From positions 731 through 64,730 of the forward strand of contig JBKPOZ010000126.1 of NCBI GenBank assembly GCA_046733355.1: a stretch of DNA of 64,000 nucleotides, written 5' to 3'. The DNA is from Pseudomonadota bacterium (lineage in GTDB: Bacteria; Pseudomonadota; Alphaproteobacteria; Rhizobiales; Xanthobacteraceae). Made by a program: the position numbers and the translations under genes. A model generated the notes under the pieces. That model was not told the DNA's origin and did not search any database. It worked only from the letters and a program-made list of their open reading frames with translations. This document shows, in pieces, positions 43,406 through 52,232 of this stretch; position 1 is the stretch's first letter, and each line of letters opens with the position of its first letter.

Positions 43406-44088
43406 CGTTGCAGTCTCCGCGCGAACAGATCGGTAAGAATGAGCAGCGCGTCCGCGAGCGTCTGCCCCTTCGACAGCGAGTAGGCGGTATAGTCGATCGT
43501 CACCGGCACCTCGACATATTTGAACCCGCTCTCGGCGATCTGGTGCAGTATCTCGGAAGCGTGCGCCATCCTGTTCTGGCGCAAGGCGATTGCGCTCGCG
43601 CCACGGCGGGTCATGGCGCGCAATCCATTATGCGTGTCGGTCACCTGCAGTCCGGTGGTCAGCCGCGTGAACCAGGTTGCGAGTCGCAGCAGGAGCCGTC
43701 GCGCGGCAGGCACCCGTACCCCGCTGCCGAGAAAGCGGCTGCCCAGGGCAAAGTCGGTGCCATGCTCGTCGAGTGCGGCGACGAGCGTCGCAACTTCCTG
43801 TGGCCGATGCTGGCCATCGCCGTCGAATGTCACCACGCACTCGGAACCCTGCGCGAGCGCAAACACAATGCCGGTTTGCAGGCCGGCACCCTGCCCGAGA
43901 TTGACGGGGTGGCGCAGAACGACGGCGCCCGCCGCGCGCGCGAGCTCGCCTGTGCGGTCGCCTGAGCCGTCGTCCACGACGACAACCTGGTAGCCGCGCT
44001 CCTTGAGCTGCGCCACCACGCGCGCGATCACCGGCTCCTCGCAATAAGCGGCGATCACGACCCACGTGGCTGCCGGGCTGACGGACAT
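43402..44088 (-). CDS. Family 2 glycosyltransferase (polyprenol-phosphate glycosyltransferase-like)
   Basis: A 228-aa ORF with VVIAAYCEE...VVVVDDGSGDRTGELA...NLGQGAGLQTG and FDGDGQH. Confidence 0.88.
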   Translation of the reverse strand: MSVSPAATWVVIAAYCEEPVIARVVAQLKERGYQVVVVDDGSGDRTGELARAAGAVVLRHPVNLGQGAGLQTGIVFALAQGSECVVTFDGDGQHRPQEVATLVAALDEHGTDFALGSRFLGSGVRVPAARRLLLRLATWFTRLTTGLQVTDTHNGLRAMTRRGASAIALRQNRMAHASEILHQIAESGFKYVEVPVTIDYTAYSLSKGQTLADALLILTDLFARRLQR

Positions 44089-44128
44089 AGGCTGACGTGT
44101 CAGGTGAGGCGTTCAGCAGCCCCAACGT

Positions 44129-45133
44129 TCACTCCAGCGGAACGTTTCCCTTCCTGATCACGTCGGCCCATTTCTCGGTCTCCTGCGCGACCACCCTTGC
44201 GAAATCCTCGGAACTGCCGGGGATGAGGCTCCCGCCCAGATCGGCCAGTCTGGCCTTCACTCTCTCGTCCTGCAGGCCGGCGTTAATCTCTCTGTTCAGC
44301 TTCTCGATGATCTCGGCGGGCGTGCCCTTGGGGACCGCCATGCCGAAGAACGCGCTCGCCTCATAGCCCGGTACGGCTTCGCTCACGGTTGGCACGTCAG
44401 GCAGCACACTGGAACGTTGCGCAGTTGTGACCCCGAGCGCGCGTAACGTTCCCGCTTTGATATGGGGTAGGGAGGATGGCATGTTGTCGAACATCACATG
44501 CACGGTGCCGCTGAGCAGGTCGGTCAGCGCCGGCGCCGAGCCGCGATAGGGGACGTGCGTGAGATCGACGCCGGTCATGATCTTGAACAGCTCACCCGAG
44601 AGATGCACCGAGGTGCCGTTGCCCGATGATGCCCAATTGATCTTGCCGGGATGGGCCTTCGCATAGGCGATGAACTCGGCCACCGTTTTCGCCGGCACTC
44701 CCGGATTGACCTCCATCACATTGGGCACGCGCATGATGCCCGCGACCTGCGCCGTGTCGCGCAGAAAGTTGAAGGGCAGTTTCTGATAGAGCGTGGCGTT
44801 GATGGCGTTGGCGGGGTTGACCAGCAGGACGGTGTAGCCGTCGGGCGGCGCGTTGATCACCGCCTGGGTGCCGATGTTATTTCCCGCACCCGGCTTGTTC
44901 TCGATGATGAACTGCTGGCCGAGCCGCTCCGAAAGCCATTGCCCGATCAGCCGAGCAATAATGTCCGTCGTGCCGCCCGCCGGATATCCGACGACCCAGT
45001 GCACCGGCCGCGTCGGGTAGTCGAGCGCAAAGCTCTCGCCCGCCGCGACAAGAAGGACACCGGCCGCGCACCATGCCACAAGCCGGCCCAGGGTTTTTGC
45101 CGAGCGTGCCGATCGTTTCCGCATTTGCCTCAT
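44129..45133 (-). CDS. Bug/TctC family substrate-binding protein (orphan)
   Basis: The start is at MRQMRKRSARSAK... (alternative 45124). It has a signal/anchor and then YPTRPVHWVVGYPAGGTTDIIARL and SSGNGTSVHL. Confidence 0.88.
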   Translation of the reverse strand: MRQMRKRSARSAKTLGRLVAWCAAGVLLVAAGESFALDYPTRPVHWVVGYPAGGTTDIIARLIGQWLSERLGQQFIIENKPGAGNNIGTQAVINAPPDGYTVLLVNPANAINATLYQKLPFNFLRDTAQVAGIMRVPNVMEVNPGVPAKTVAEFIAYAKAHPGKINWASSGNGTSVHLSGELFKIMTGVDLTHVPYRGSAPALTDLLSGTVHVMFDNMPSSLPHIKAGTLRALGVTTAQRSSVLPDVPTVSEAVPGYEASAFFGMAVPKGTPAEIIEKLNREINAGLQDERVKARLADLGGSLIPGSSEDFARVVAQETEKWADVIRKGNVPLE

Positions 45134-45207
45134 TCCCTGTATTGGCGTTTTCTGAGGGAAAGCTACGCGCTGCGGCCTATCTGGCACAAGCGGCAGGAAG
45201 TGACCTG

Positions 45208-46469
45208 ATGACACGGTCTGCGGAAACGCTCATAGGCCGGGCTGAAGCGGGCGAGCCGCTTGACCTCGCGCCCGAGCTGCGCGCGCTGTTCGGGCAGAGC
45301 TTCCCGCGCTTTTCCAACGCCGAATATGCGCGCCGCGGCGACGCGCTCGCGCATGCGATGCGACAAGCCGACGTAGACCATGCGCTGATCGTTTGCATGC
45401 AGGGCATCGGCAATGCGGTGCGTTGGCTGACCACCTGGCCCGGCACGAACGAGGCGCTGCTCGTTTTCCGCCCGGGCGAAGCCATGACCATGCACGTGGA
45501 ATACTGCAACCACGTGCCGCAGGCGCGCGCGCTCGCCCGCGAGGTGGATGTGCGCTGGGGAGAACAGCGGGGTCTCGAGAAAGTTGCGCAAGAGCTCGAG
45601 CGCCGCGCAGCCCGACGCGTCGGCGTCATCGGTCCGCTGGGCGGCCCGCGCTGGAAGGCGCTGGAGAGTCGCTTTCATTTGATCAGTCTCGATTCCGAAT
45701 ACGTTGGGCTGCGGATGCACAAGTCCGAGGAGGAGCTCGACTGGTGCGCATCGGCGCGGCGCTCAGTGATGCCGGCATGCGCGCGCTCGTCGCCGGTGCA
45801 AAGGCTGGCATGAGCGAGCACGACCTCATCGATATCATCGAGCGCGCCTATGTGGGGACTGGCGGCACGCACGGCATTCACTTCATCGGCAGCACCTCGA
45901 TGGCCGCACCCGACCTGTGTGTGCCGAGACAATTCCCGTCGCGGCGCAAGATCGGCGCCGGCGATTTCGTGTTCTGCGAGCTCTCTGCATCCTGGTGGGA
46001 CTATTCCGGGCAGGTGCTGAGGGGGTTAACCGTGGAGACAGAGCCCACCCCGCTCTACCGCGATCTGTATGCCACTGCAGTTGCCGTCTATGCTGCGGTG
46101 ACGAGCGCGATCCGGCCGGGTGTGACAGCGGCCGAGCTAAAAAAGGCATCCTCGATCATCGAAGCCAACGGGTTCACCAGCTGCGACGATCTCGTGCACG
46201 GCTATGGCGGCGGTTACCTGCCGCCGATCATCGGGTCGAAAAGCAGGCCGGCGCGCGAAGAGAGCCTCGCGCTTGCCGAGAACATGTGTCTCGTGGTGCA
46301 GCCCAACGTGGTCACGCACGACAGCCGCGCGGGCGTGCAGATCGGCAACCTTGTGCGCGTCACCAAAGACGGGTGCGAGTCGCTGCAGCACATGCCGCAA
46401 AGATTTTTCCGCGTGGGGGAGGCGATGGGAATGGAAGATGTTTCAATTCACAAAGACCGCAGCGGTTGA
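45208..46469 (+). pseudogene. M24 family metallopeptidase (Xaa-Pro peptidase/creatinase-like) interrupted by an apparent 1-nt deletion near 45741
   Basis: The N-terminal creatinase-like domain lies in frame 1 (ORF 45073..45813, start MTRSAETLIG with AGGAAG upstream). The M24 catalytic domain lies in frame 0 (ORF 45393..46469). The frames meet at ...KSEEELD|LVRIGAALSDAG. Confidence 0.8.
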
Positions 46470-47612
46470 GGCGGAGCGGTCGGCCGGCGGAACGACGATG
46501 TCGATGGCGTTGCCGTATTCGCCGGCGCTCGAATAGGTCACGCCCATGTGGCGGAGCTGCTTGGCGCTCTCCGCGATGCTGCCCGCCCAGGAGCGTCCGC
46601 CGCCAAAGGCGACGAACCAGACCGGCATGTTGGGTTTCCCTGCCTTCTTGCGCAGCGCGTCCATTTCCTTGGGATTGCCTGCACCCTTCTCGACGATCGC
46701 CGCATACACGTTTGGATGCGCCATATAGGCGACCGCTCCTTTTACGAGCAGTGGATTCTTGGCAATGATCTTGAGCCCGTAGCTTGCCGCGAGATCGACG
46801 GCGGCGATCACGTCCTTGGCCGAATAGGCATCGGGATTATCGAGCTCGATATACTCAAATCCCTGCTTCTTGCGACGCTCGAACTGCTCGCGCAGGTTCT
46901 TCTCCCAGCCGGGCCCGCGCGGATCGATCTGCCCCTCGTTGTACTGCTTGGCGGTATCCGACGTGTGCAGATAAGGCCCGTACTGACGGGTGTTCCGCTC
47001 GTCGAAGAGGTTGCCATAGGCAATGCTGATGCCGCGTTTCACCGGCGCAGTCGCATTGTAGGAGACCTCCGTCACCTCGTTGTCGTGCCCGCTGCCGGCC
47101 GCATCGGTGCCGATGAGATAACGCAAAGGCTTGCCGGCGAGGGGATTGAGCGCAACCGAGTTGTCAGGGAGCGGCACGGGCGCGACAGCATGCCGGCTCG
47201 GCGGAGAGAAAATGACGAGGCGCACCCGGCGCGGATAGTTTTCCGGAACGCCGCGCTCGTACCACGGCGGCTCCCAGCCGGCCGTCGAGCGCTCCTGCCG
47301 CTTGACCTTGCTCTCCTGCTGGCCAGCGTAGAAGGCGGCGTCGCGTGGCGCAATGGGTCGCTTCCACGCGTTGTCCCAGAGCGCAAGCGTGAGCGTCGCG
47401 CCTGCGAGCGCGCCGGCGACGAGCTTCAGACCGAATATGGTTTGCGGCAAAAGCCAGAACGGCTGCTGCTGGGCAGCGGAACGCCGCGGCAGGGGCGGCA
47501 CCCGGTGGAACGGCCGCGCGGGCGGCGTCGTCGGGCGCGCCAAGACCCGTTGCGGGTAGTGAACGCGTGTCGCGGTTCGCCCACCGGCAACCGCAACGGC
47601 CAAACTGGCCAT
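46443..47612 (-). CDS. Membrane-anchored GH114-like TIM-barrel glycosidase candidate (paralog 2)
   Basis: A 389-aa ORF: a Pro/Arg-rich N-terminus, one TM (IFGLKLVAGALAGATLTLALW), a linker of about 100 aa, then a domain collinear with 41344..42051 (LNPLAGKPLRYLIG...QGFEYIELDNPDAY...GLKIIAKN...AGKPNMPVWFVAF). Confidence 0.78.
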   Translation of the reverse strand: MASLAVAVAGGRTATRVHYPQRVLARPTTPPARPFHRVPPLPRRSAAQQQPFWLLPQTIFGLKLVAGALAGATLTLALWDNAWKRPIAPRDAAFYAGQQESKVKRQERSTAGWEPPWYERGVPENYPRRVRLVIFSPPSRHAVAPVPLPDNSVALNPLAGKPLRYLIGTDAAGSGHDNEVTEVSYNATAPVKRGISIAYGNLFDERNTRQYGPYLHTSDTAKQYNEGQIDPRGPGWEKNLREQFERRKKQGFEYIELDNPDAYSAKDVIAAVDLAASYGLKIIAKNPLLVKGAVAYMAHPNVYAAIVEKGAGNPKEMDALRKKAGKPNMPVWFVAFGGGRSWAGSIAESAKQLRHMGVTYSSAGEYGNAIDIVVPPADRSASTAAVFVN

Positions 47613-47777
47613 TCAGAAAAGCCCCCTCTCGCGACCGCCGCCAGCGGCGGCAACTCATCCCGGTCCGATCAAGGACGGCCCTTCCCCAAGGGCATTCGTC
47701 AAAGGACCAGATGAGGCAGAATGATCCCCAGCGCTTAAGGTAGAGTGTATGGATGAATGGGGAAAAACCTTGGCGGA

Positions 47778-48773
47778 TCAGGGCCGAAACGGGGGCTTTG
47801 ACGAGCGGGCGAGGCGCTCGATCGCCGCGGGCGAAAGCGGCTCGCCGGCAACTTTCGCGGCGTAAACCGCGGCACCGAGGGCGGGCGCAAGCAGCGGGGC
47901 CCGTATGTCATAGCGTACGGGCACGGCCAGCTCCCGCCGGAAAGGAGCGAGGATGAGCGCGCCCGCAGTGAACACGCCGCCGGAGTAGGAGAGCGGAACG
48001 GCTTCGTTCGCTTCGAATTCGAGCGCGCGGCGCACCGCTTCGACCGTCGTCGCAAGCTCGCGCGCGGCGTCCTCGAAAATGCGCGTTGCAATACTGTCGC
48101 CGTCCTCCGCGGCGCGCGTGACGAACTGGGCGAGGGCGGCAATGCTCGTGCGTGTATGCGCATTCATTGTTTTCGCGCAAAGATCGAGATCCTTGTTCAA
48201 GCCGAACGAATTTCTCAAATGGTCGTAAAGCGGGCCGCGCGGCAGCCGGCCGTCGCTCATGCGCGTGAACGCGTTCAGTCCCTCGACGGCAATCCAGTAG
48301 GCGGAGCCTTCATCGCCAAACACTTCGCCCCAGCCGCCGGCGCGCGCGCTTTTGCCCCGACGTTCGCCGTATGCGCCCGAACCGGTGCCCGCCACGATGT
48401 TGATGCCGTCGGCGCCGGCCAGCGAGCCCGCCCAGGCGCACACCATGTCATTGCCGCACGCGTAACGGGCATGCCGCAGGAGCGGTGCCGGAAGCGCATC
48501 CAGATTCCGTTGCGCCGCGCTGTCCTCGCCGTAGGCGGGGAGGCCGAAAAAAGCGTAGGCCACATCGGTGGGCGCAATCGTTGCCTGGCCGCAAACGGCG
48601 GCAACGCCTTGCGCCAGCAGATCGCGCAAGCCTTCGATTCCGATCTGGAGATGATAGGCGGACGGTCCTTCGCACGAGCCCGCCACATCGCCCTGCGCAT
48701 CGACCAGCACAAAATGGGTTTTCGTGCCGCCGCCGTCGACGCCGAGGAAAAAGCGCCCAGTCAATCGGCTCAC
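47778..48773 (-). CDS. BadF/BadG/BcrA/BcrD-type ATPase, N-acetylhexosamine kinase-like
   Basis: GTG 48773 overlaps the TGA of the upstream gene (GTGA). It reads VSRLTGRFFLGVDGGGTKTHFVLVD... (ASKHA phosphate-1 motif) and later GINIVAGTGS. Confidence 0.8.
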   Translation of the reverse strand: MSRLTGRFFLGVDGGGTKTHFVLVDAQGDVAGSCEGPSAYHLQIGIEGLRDLLAQGVAAVCGQATIAPTDVAYAFFGLPAYGEDSAAQRNLDALPAPLLRHARYACGNDMVCAWAGSLAGADGINIVAGTGSGAYGERRGKSARAGGWGEVFGDEGSAYWIAVEGLNAFTRMSDGRLPRGPLYDHLRNSFGLNKDLDLCAKTMNAHTRTSIAALAQFVTRAAEDGDSIATRIFEDAARELATTVEAVRRALEFEANEAVPLSYSGGVFTAGALILAPFRRELAVPVRYDIRAPLLAPALGAAVYAAKVAGEPLSPAAIERLARSSKPPFRP

Positions 48774-49915
48774 CCGAAGGCGTGGATGCGCACGCCCTGC
48801 ACGACGCGATGCACGGTGCCCGTGCGACTGGGATTGTCGGGAGAAATCCCGCAGGCGAGCGAAGCCTCGAAGGCGAAAATCTGCGCGGCTGCGAGGAAAG
48901 GAAATAGAAGATCGATGTCTTCGCCATCCTGCATGGCCGGGACGAGGATACGCTCGACTTTCGCTGCGATTCCGTCCTCGCGCGCGGAGAGCGCGAGAAC
49001 CCCGCCGGCCCTCCCATCCCGGCATATTTCCTGGAGCAGATCGAGGTCATACCGGCGCGTATAGGGGTGGTTGGAAACAAAGATCATCACCAGCGCTCTG
49101 TCATTGACGATGGTCTTGGGACCGTGCCGGAACCCCAAAGGCGAGTCCCAGGCCGATATGATCTGCCCGTCGGTCAGTTCGAGGAGCTTGAGCGCCGCCT
49201 CGCGCGCAAGTCCTTTGAGTACCGCGCTGCCAAGATACACCACGCGCTCATATTTCCTCGCCGCCCATTCCTGCAGCGTCTTGCGCTCGGCGGAAATTAT
49301 CGTGTCCATCGCCTGCGCGATGCGGGTGATGCGGGGCTGCATCACGTCGATGCCCAGAAATACGGTAAGCGCTCCGTAGGTCATGCAGCTGAAGCTCGAG
49401 GTCATGGCGAAGCTGCGGTCATGCGTCTCCTCGGGCAGGAGTATCGTCTCGCCGAGGCCTTTGCGCGCGAGTGCGCCATCCGGATTGCAGGTCACCGCCA
49501 AGTGATGGATCTCGGCGACGAAGCGCTGCGCCAAATGCACTGCCGCGATGCTTTCGGGGCTGTTGCCAGAGCGCCCAAAGGAAACAAGCAGCGTCGGGAC
49601 GTGCTTGCTGAAATAGAGATGCGGCGCGCAAACCAGGTCGGTCGTGGCGATCGCCTCCACGTGCCCTCGCAGCTGCGCGCCAAAATGCGGTGCGAGGCAT
49701 TCGCCGATGAACGCGGATGAGCCTGCGCCCGTGAGGATGATGCGCAACCCCGGCTTTTCCCGCAGCGGCCCAAGGAATCTGTCCAGCCGCTCCCTGTATG
49801 CTGCGAGGAGCTCTTGCGTCTTGCGCAGCATGGCGGGCTGGTGCGCGATCTCGCGCGCTGTCCAGAGCGCGCCCAAAGCCTCGAGCTCGCTTTCGGTGCG
49901 GCCGAGCTTATGCAT
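48770..49915 (-). CDS. agaS: SIS-domain sugar-phosphate isomerase/deaminase, AgaS-like
   Basis: A 381-aa ORF, TAREIAHQPAMLRKT...RIILTGAGSSAFIGE...LVSFGRSGNSPES, with two SIS repeats as in AgaS-type proteins. Confidence 0.8.
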   Translation of the reverse strand: MHKLGRTESELEALGALWTAREIAHQPAMLRKTQELLAAYRERLDRFLGPLREKPGLRIILTGAGSSAFIGECLAPHFGAQLRGHVEAIATTDLVCAPHLYFSKHVPTLLVSFGRSGNSPESIAAVHLAQRFVAEIHHLAVTCNPDGALARKGLGETILLPEETHDRSFAMTSSFSCMTYGALTVFLGIDVMQPRITRIAQAMDTIISAERKTLQEWAARKYERVVYLGSAVLKGLAREAALKLLELTDGQIISAWDSPLGFRHGPKTIVNDRALVMIFVSNHPYTRRYDLDLLQEICRDGRAGGVLALSAREDGIAAKVERILVPAMQDGEDIDLLFPFLAAAQIFAFEASLACGISPDNPSRTGTVHRVVQGVRIHAFG

Positions 49916-51206
49916 GGGCAGGCTCTTTCGTCGTCATGGTGGCGGCATGATAGTCGTCCAGCACTGCCCAGACATGCGCCATAACGAGCTCGGCGGGATT
50001 CTTTTCGATGAGGCCCTCGCTCAACACCCGGTGCGCGATCGGCAGATACTGGCTGATCAATGCACGCGGCGGCGGCTTTTCCGACAGATTACGTAAAAGC
50101 GTGTTCTGCGAGCGCACAATCTCCGCGTCGGGCCAATAATAGCGAATGCGGTCGCTGAGACTGTATTGCAGATCGAAGTCGAGCGCGGCGCCGCGCGCGT
50201 GATAGTACTTTTTCCAATACCGCGGCTCCGCTTTCACCCGTTCAAGAACGACGTGGCGGAAGCGCGAGAGGCGCGACGGCTCGATCCATTCGCGTTCGAT
50301 CGCATCGAGCCCCCAAAGCGCTTCGCGCAATGCAAAGGTGAGAGCGGGGCCAACTTTAAGGATGGCGAAATGATCGCGCACGAGCTGCGCGAGTGCGGTG
50401 CGTGTCTGATAGTCGGTGGAATGCGCTTCAAACACGATGCCGCTGCAGCTTTCGATCATGCGGCTGAGCGCCTGTGCCTTGTCGGGCGCATACGGGATGA
50501 TCTTGCGGTGATCGAACTCGACACCGGGCTGCACCACAAGCGCAATGACACGTGGCCAGGCATCAGCGAGGCCGCATTCGGCGAACAACGCCGAGTGCAT
50601 CTCGAGGGTTGCGTATGCCGCATCGGGGTCGGTGACGGCGAGGCTGTCCAGCTCTTCGGCGGCTCCGCCCGGCACGGGCACCTCGGTCCCAATGACATAG
50701 ACCGGCGGCTCACCGCCGCTTTGTGCAAACACGCGCTCGGCGACTGCGCATAGCCCCGCCGCGCGCTGCGCAATGGTGTGCCCCGGGAGAGGCGCAGGAT
50801 CGCCGGCGCAAGGCATCGAGCAGTCAAGATGAATTTTTCGGAAGCCCGCACGAACGTAATGGTCGATCAGCAGCTCGGCGCGTTGCATCGCTTCTTCCGT
50901 CCGCAGATGCTGCCAGGCATTCGGGCCGAGATGGTCGCCACCGAGGAGAATGCGATTGCGGGAAAGCTCCACGCGATCGGCGATCCCATGCACCTGGTCG
51001 CGAAAATCTGCCGGTGTCATCCCCGTATAGCCGCCGTCCTGATTGACCTGGTTCGAGGTCGCTTCGATCAGGGCAAAAGGCGTGCCGCGCATCTTCGTGT
51101 GACGAAGCGTTGCTTCAATCACCAACGGGTGCGCGGAACACACCGAGAAAATGCCGCAGCGCTCGCCTGCCTTGTGGCGCGCCACCAGATCGACGATCGC
51201 CTTCAT
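49908..51206 (-). CDS. agaZ: GatZ/KbaZ/AgaZ family protein (tagatose-bisphosphate aldolase accessory subunit / tagatose-6-P kinase-like)
   Basis: A 432-aa ORF, GIFSVCSAHPLVIEATL...ALIEATSNQVNQDGGYTGMTPADF...LGGDHLGP, with family-typical motifs. Confidence 0.82.
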   Translation of the reverse strand: MKAIVDLVARHKAGERCGIFSVCSAHPLVIEATLRHTKMRGTPFALIEATSNQVNQDGGYTGMTPADFRDQVHGIADRVELSRNRILLGGDHLGPNAWQHLRTEEAMQRAELLIDHYVRAGFRKIHLDCSMPCAGDPAPLPGHTIAQRAAGLCAVAERVFAQSGGEPPVYVIGTEVPVPGGAAEELDSLAVTDPDAAYATLEMHSALFAECGLADAWPRVIALVVQPGVEFDHRKIIPYAPDKAQALSRMIESCSGIVFEAHSTDYQTRTALAQLVRDHFAILKVGPALTFALREALWGLDAIEREWIEPSRLSRFRHVVLERVKAEPRYWKKYYHARGAALDFDLQYSLSDRIRYYWPDAEIVRSQNTLLRNLSEKPPPRALISQYLPIAHRVLSEGLIEKNPAELVMAHVWAVLDDYHAATMTTKEPAHA

Positions 51207-51215
51207 GCGTGCGTT

Positions 51216-51286
51216 GTAGCCCGGATGGAGCGCAGCGACATCCGGGTAAACAGATCCCGGATTTCGCTCCGCTCAATCCGGGCTAC
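51216..51286. repeat. REP-like element, family B copy 5
   Basis: GTAGCCCGGATGGAGCGCAGCGACATCCGGG...CCCGGATTTCGCTCCGCTCAATCCGGGCTAC. It overlaps the 3' end of the DMT gene. Confidence 0.85.
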
Positions 51287-52232
51287 GAAGCGCCGCACCG
51301 TCGTCCTCCGGGGTGAGCGCAAGCAGGAAGGCGGCAGTGCACGCGAGCGCGAGCGCAACAACCTTCGTCGGGCCGGGCAGAGCGCCGAGCACGATGAGCG
51401 AGATAATCGCGGTCATCAACGGCGCGCCCGCATTGACCAGCGGCGAGACGACGATCGCCTGCCCATAGCGGAAGGCGTAGACCAGCGTGAGCGCCCCAAT
51501 GGAGTTGAGGATCTGGGTTGCGGCAGCCAGCCACGGCCCCTCGATTCCCCAGTTTATCGGCTGGGTAAAATCGGTCATGACCCAGGCGAGAGGCGCAATG
51601 AGGAGCCCGGCAACCATCATATAAAAAAAGATGCTCTCCGCACTCATGCTGCGGTTGGCGAGCTTCATAAAGTAGGCCTGTACGCCCCAGCATCCCATGA
51701 CGATGAGCGAGAGCAAAAACCAGCCCGGTCCGTAATTCCTGGCCGATGTCGCCGAGGAGACCTCGCTCAAGGCCGCTGGCGAGATATCGAACAAAGGAAG
51801 AGCAAGGAGCGCGAGGCCGATGCCGGCGGCGCCGAGCGCGTTGGTGCGTTCGCGCAGCAGCAGGAATGAGAGCGCAAGGGTGACGATCGGAGAGAGCGAG
51901 ATGATCGGAAAGACCAGATAAGCCGGCCCCATGGTTACCGCGTAGAACAGCACGATCTGGCCGCCCGCGCCGAGGAGCCCGATGATCATCCCGTAGGTCA
52001 CGGAAGCGGCATCGCGATCGAGGCGCCAGTGAGCCTGGCCGAGCGCATAGAGCGCGGGTAGCACCATGGTAAGCGACCAGATGCAATAGATCAGCGTTTC
52101 CGGGAAGCCGTGTCGGGTCGGCACATAGGTGAACGCGCCCCACACGCCCCAGAGTGCCGTCGTCGCCAAGGCGTAGACGAGCCAGAGCTTCGGCCTCTTT
52201 GCCCGCTGCACGACTGCGCTCGGCACGCTCAC
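51273..52232 (-). CDS. DMT superfamily (EamA-like) transporter
   Basis: A 319-aa 10-TM-like ORF. Its GTG start overlaps the TGA of the upstream glycosidase gene. Confidence 0.82.
   Translation of the reverse strand: MSVPSAVVQRAKRPKLWLVYALATTALWGVWGAFTYVPTRHGFPETLIYCIWSLTMVLPALYALGQAHWRLDRDAASVTYGMIIGLLGAGGQIVLFYAVTMGPAYLVFPIISLSPIVTLALSFLLLRERTNALGAAGIGLALLALPLFDISPAALSEVSSATSARNYGPGWFLLSLIVMGCWGVQAYFMKLANRSMSAESIFFYMMVAGLLIAPLAWVMTDFTQPINWGIEGPWLAAATQILNSIGALTLVYAFRYGQAIVVSPLVNAGAPLMTAIISLIVLGALPGPTKVVALALACTAAFLLALTPEDDGAALRSPD

Noticed and set aside
46548-47714. A 388-aa plus-strand ORF. Similar long antisense ORFs occur at 56019..57440 and 57978..59144.
   Set aside because: They are antisense to the GH114-like paralog 2 and to the triple-PAS kinase, with a shadow-frame composition.
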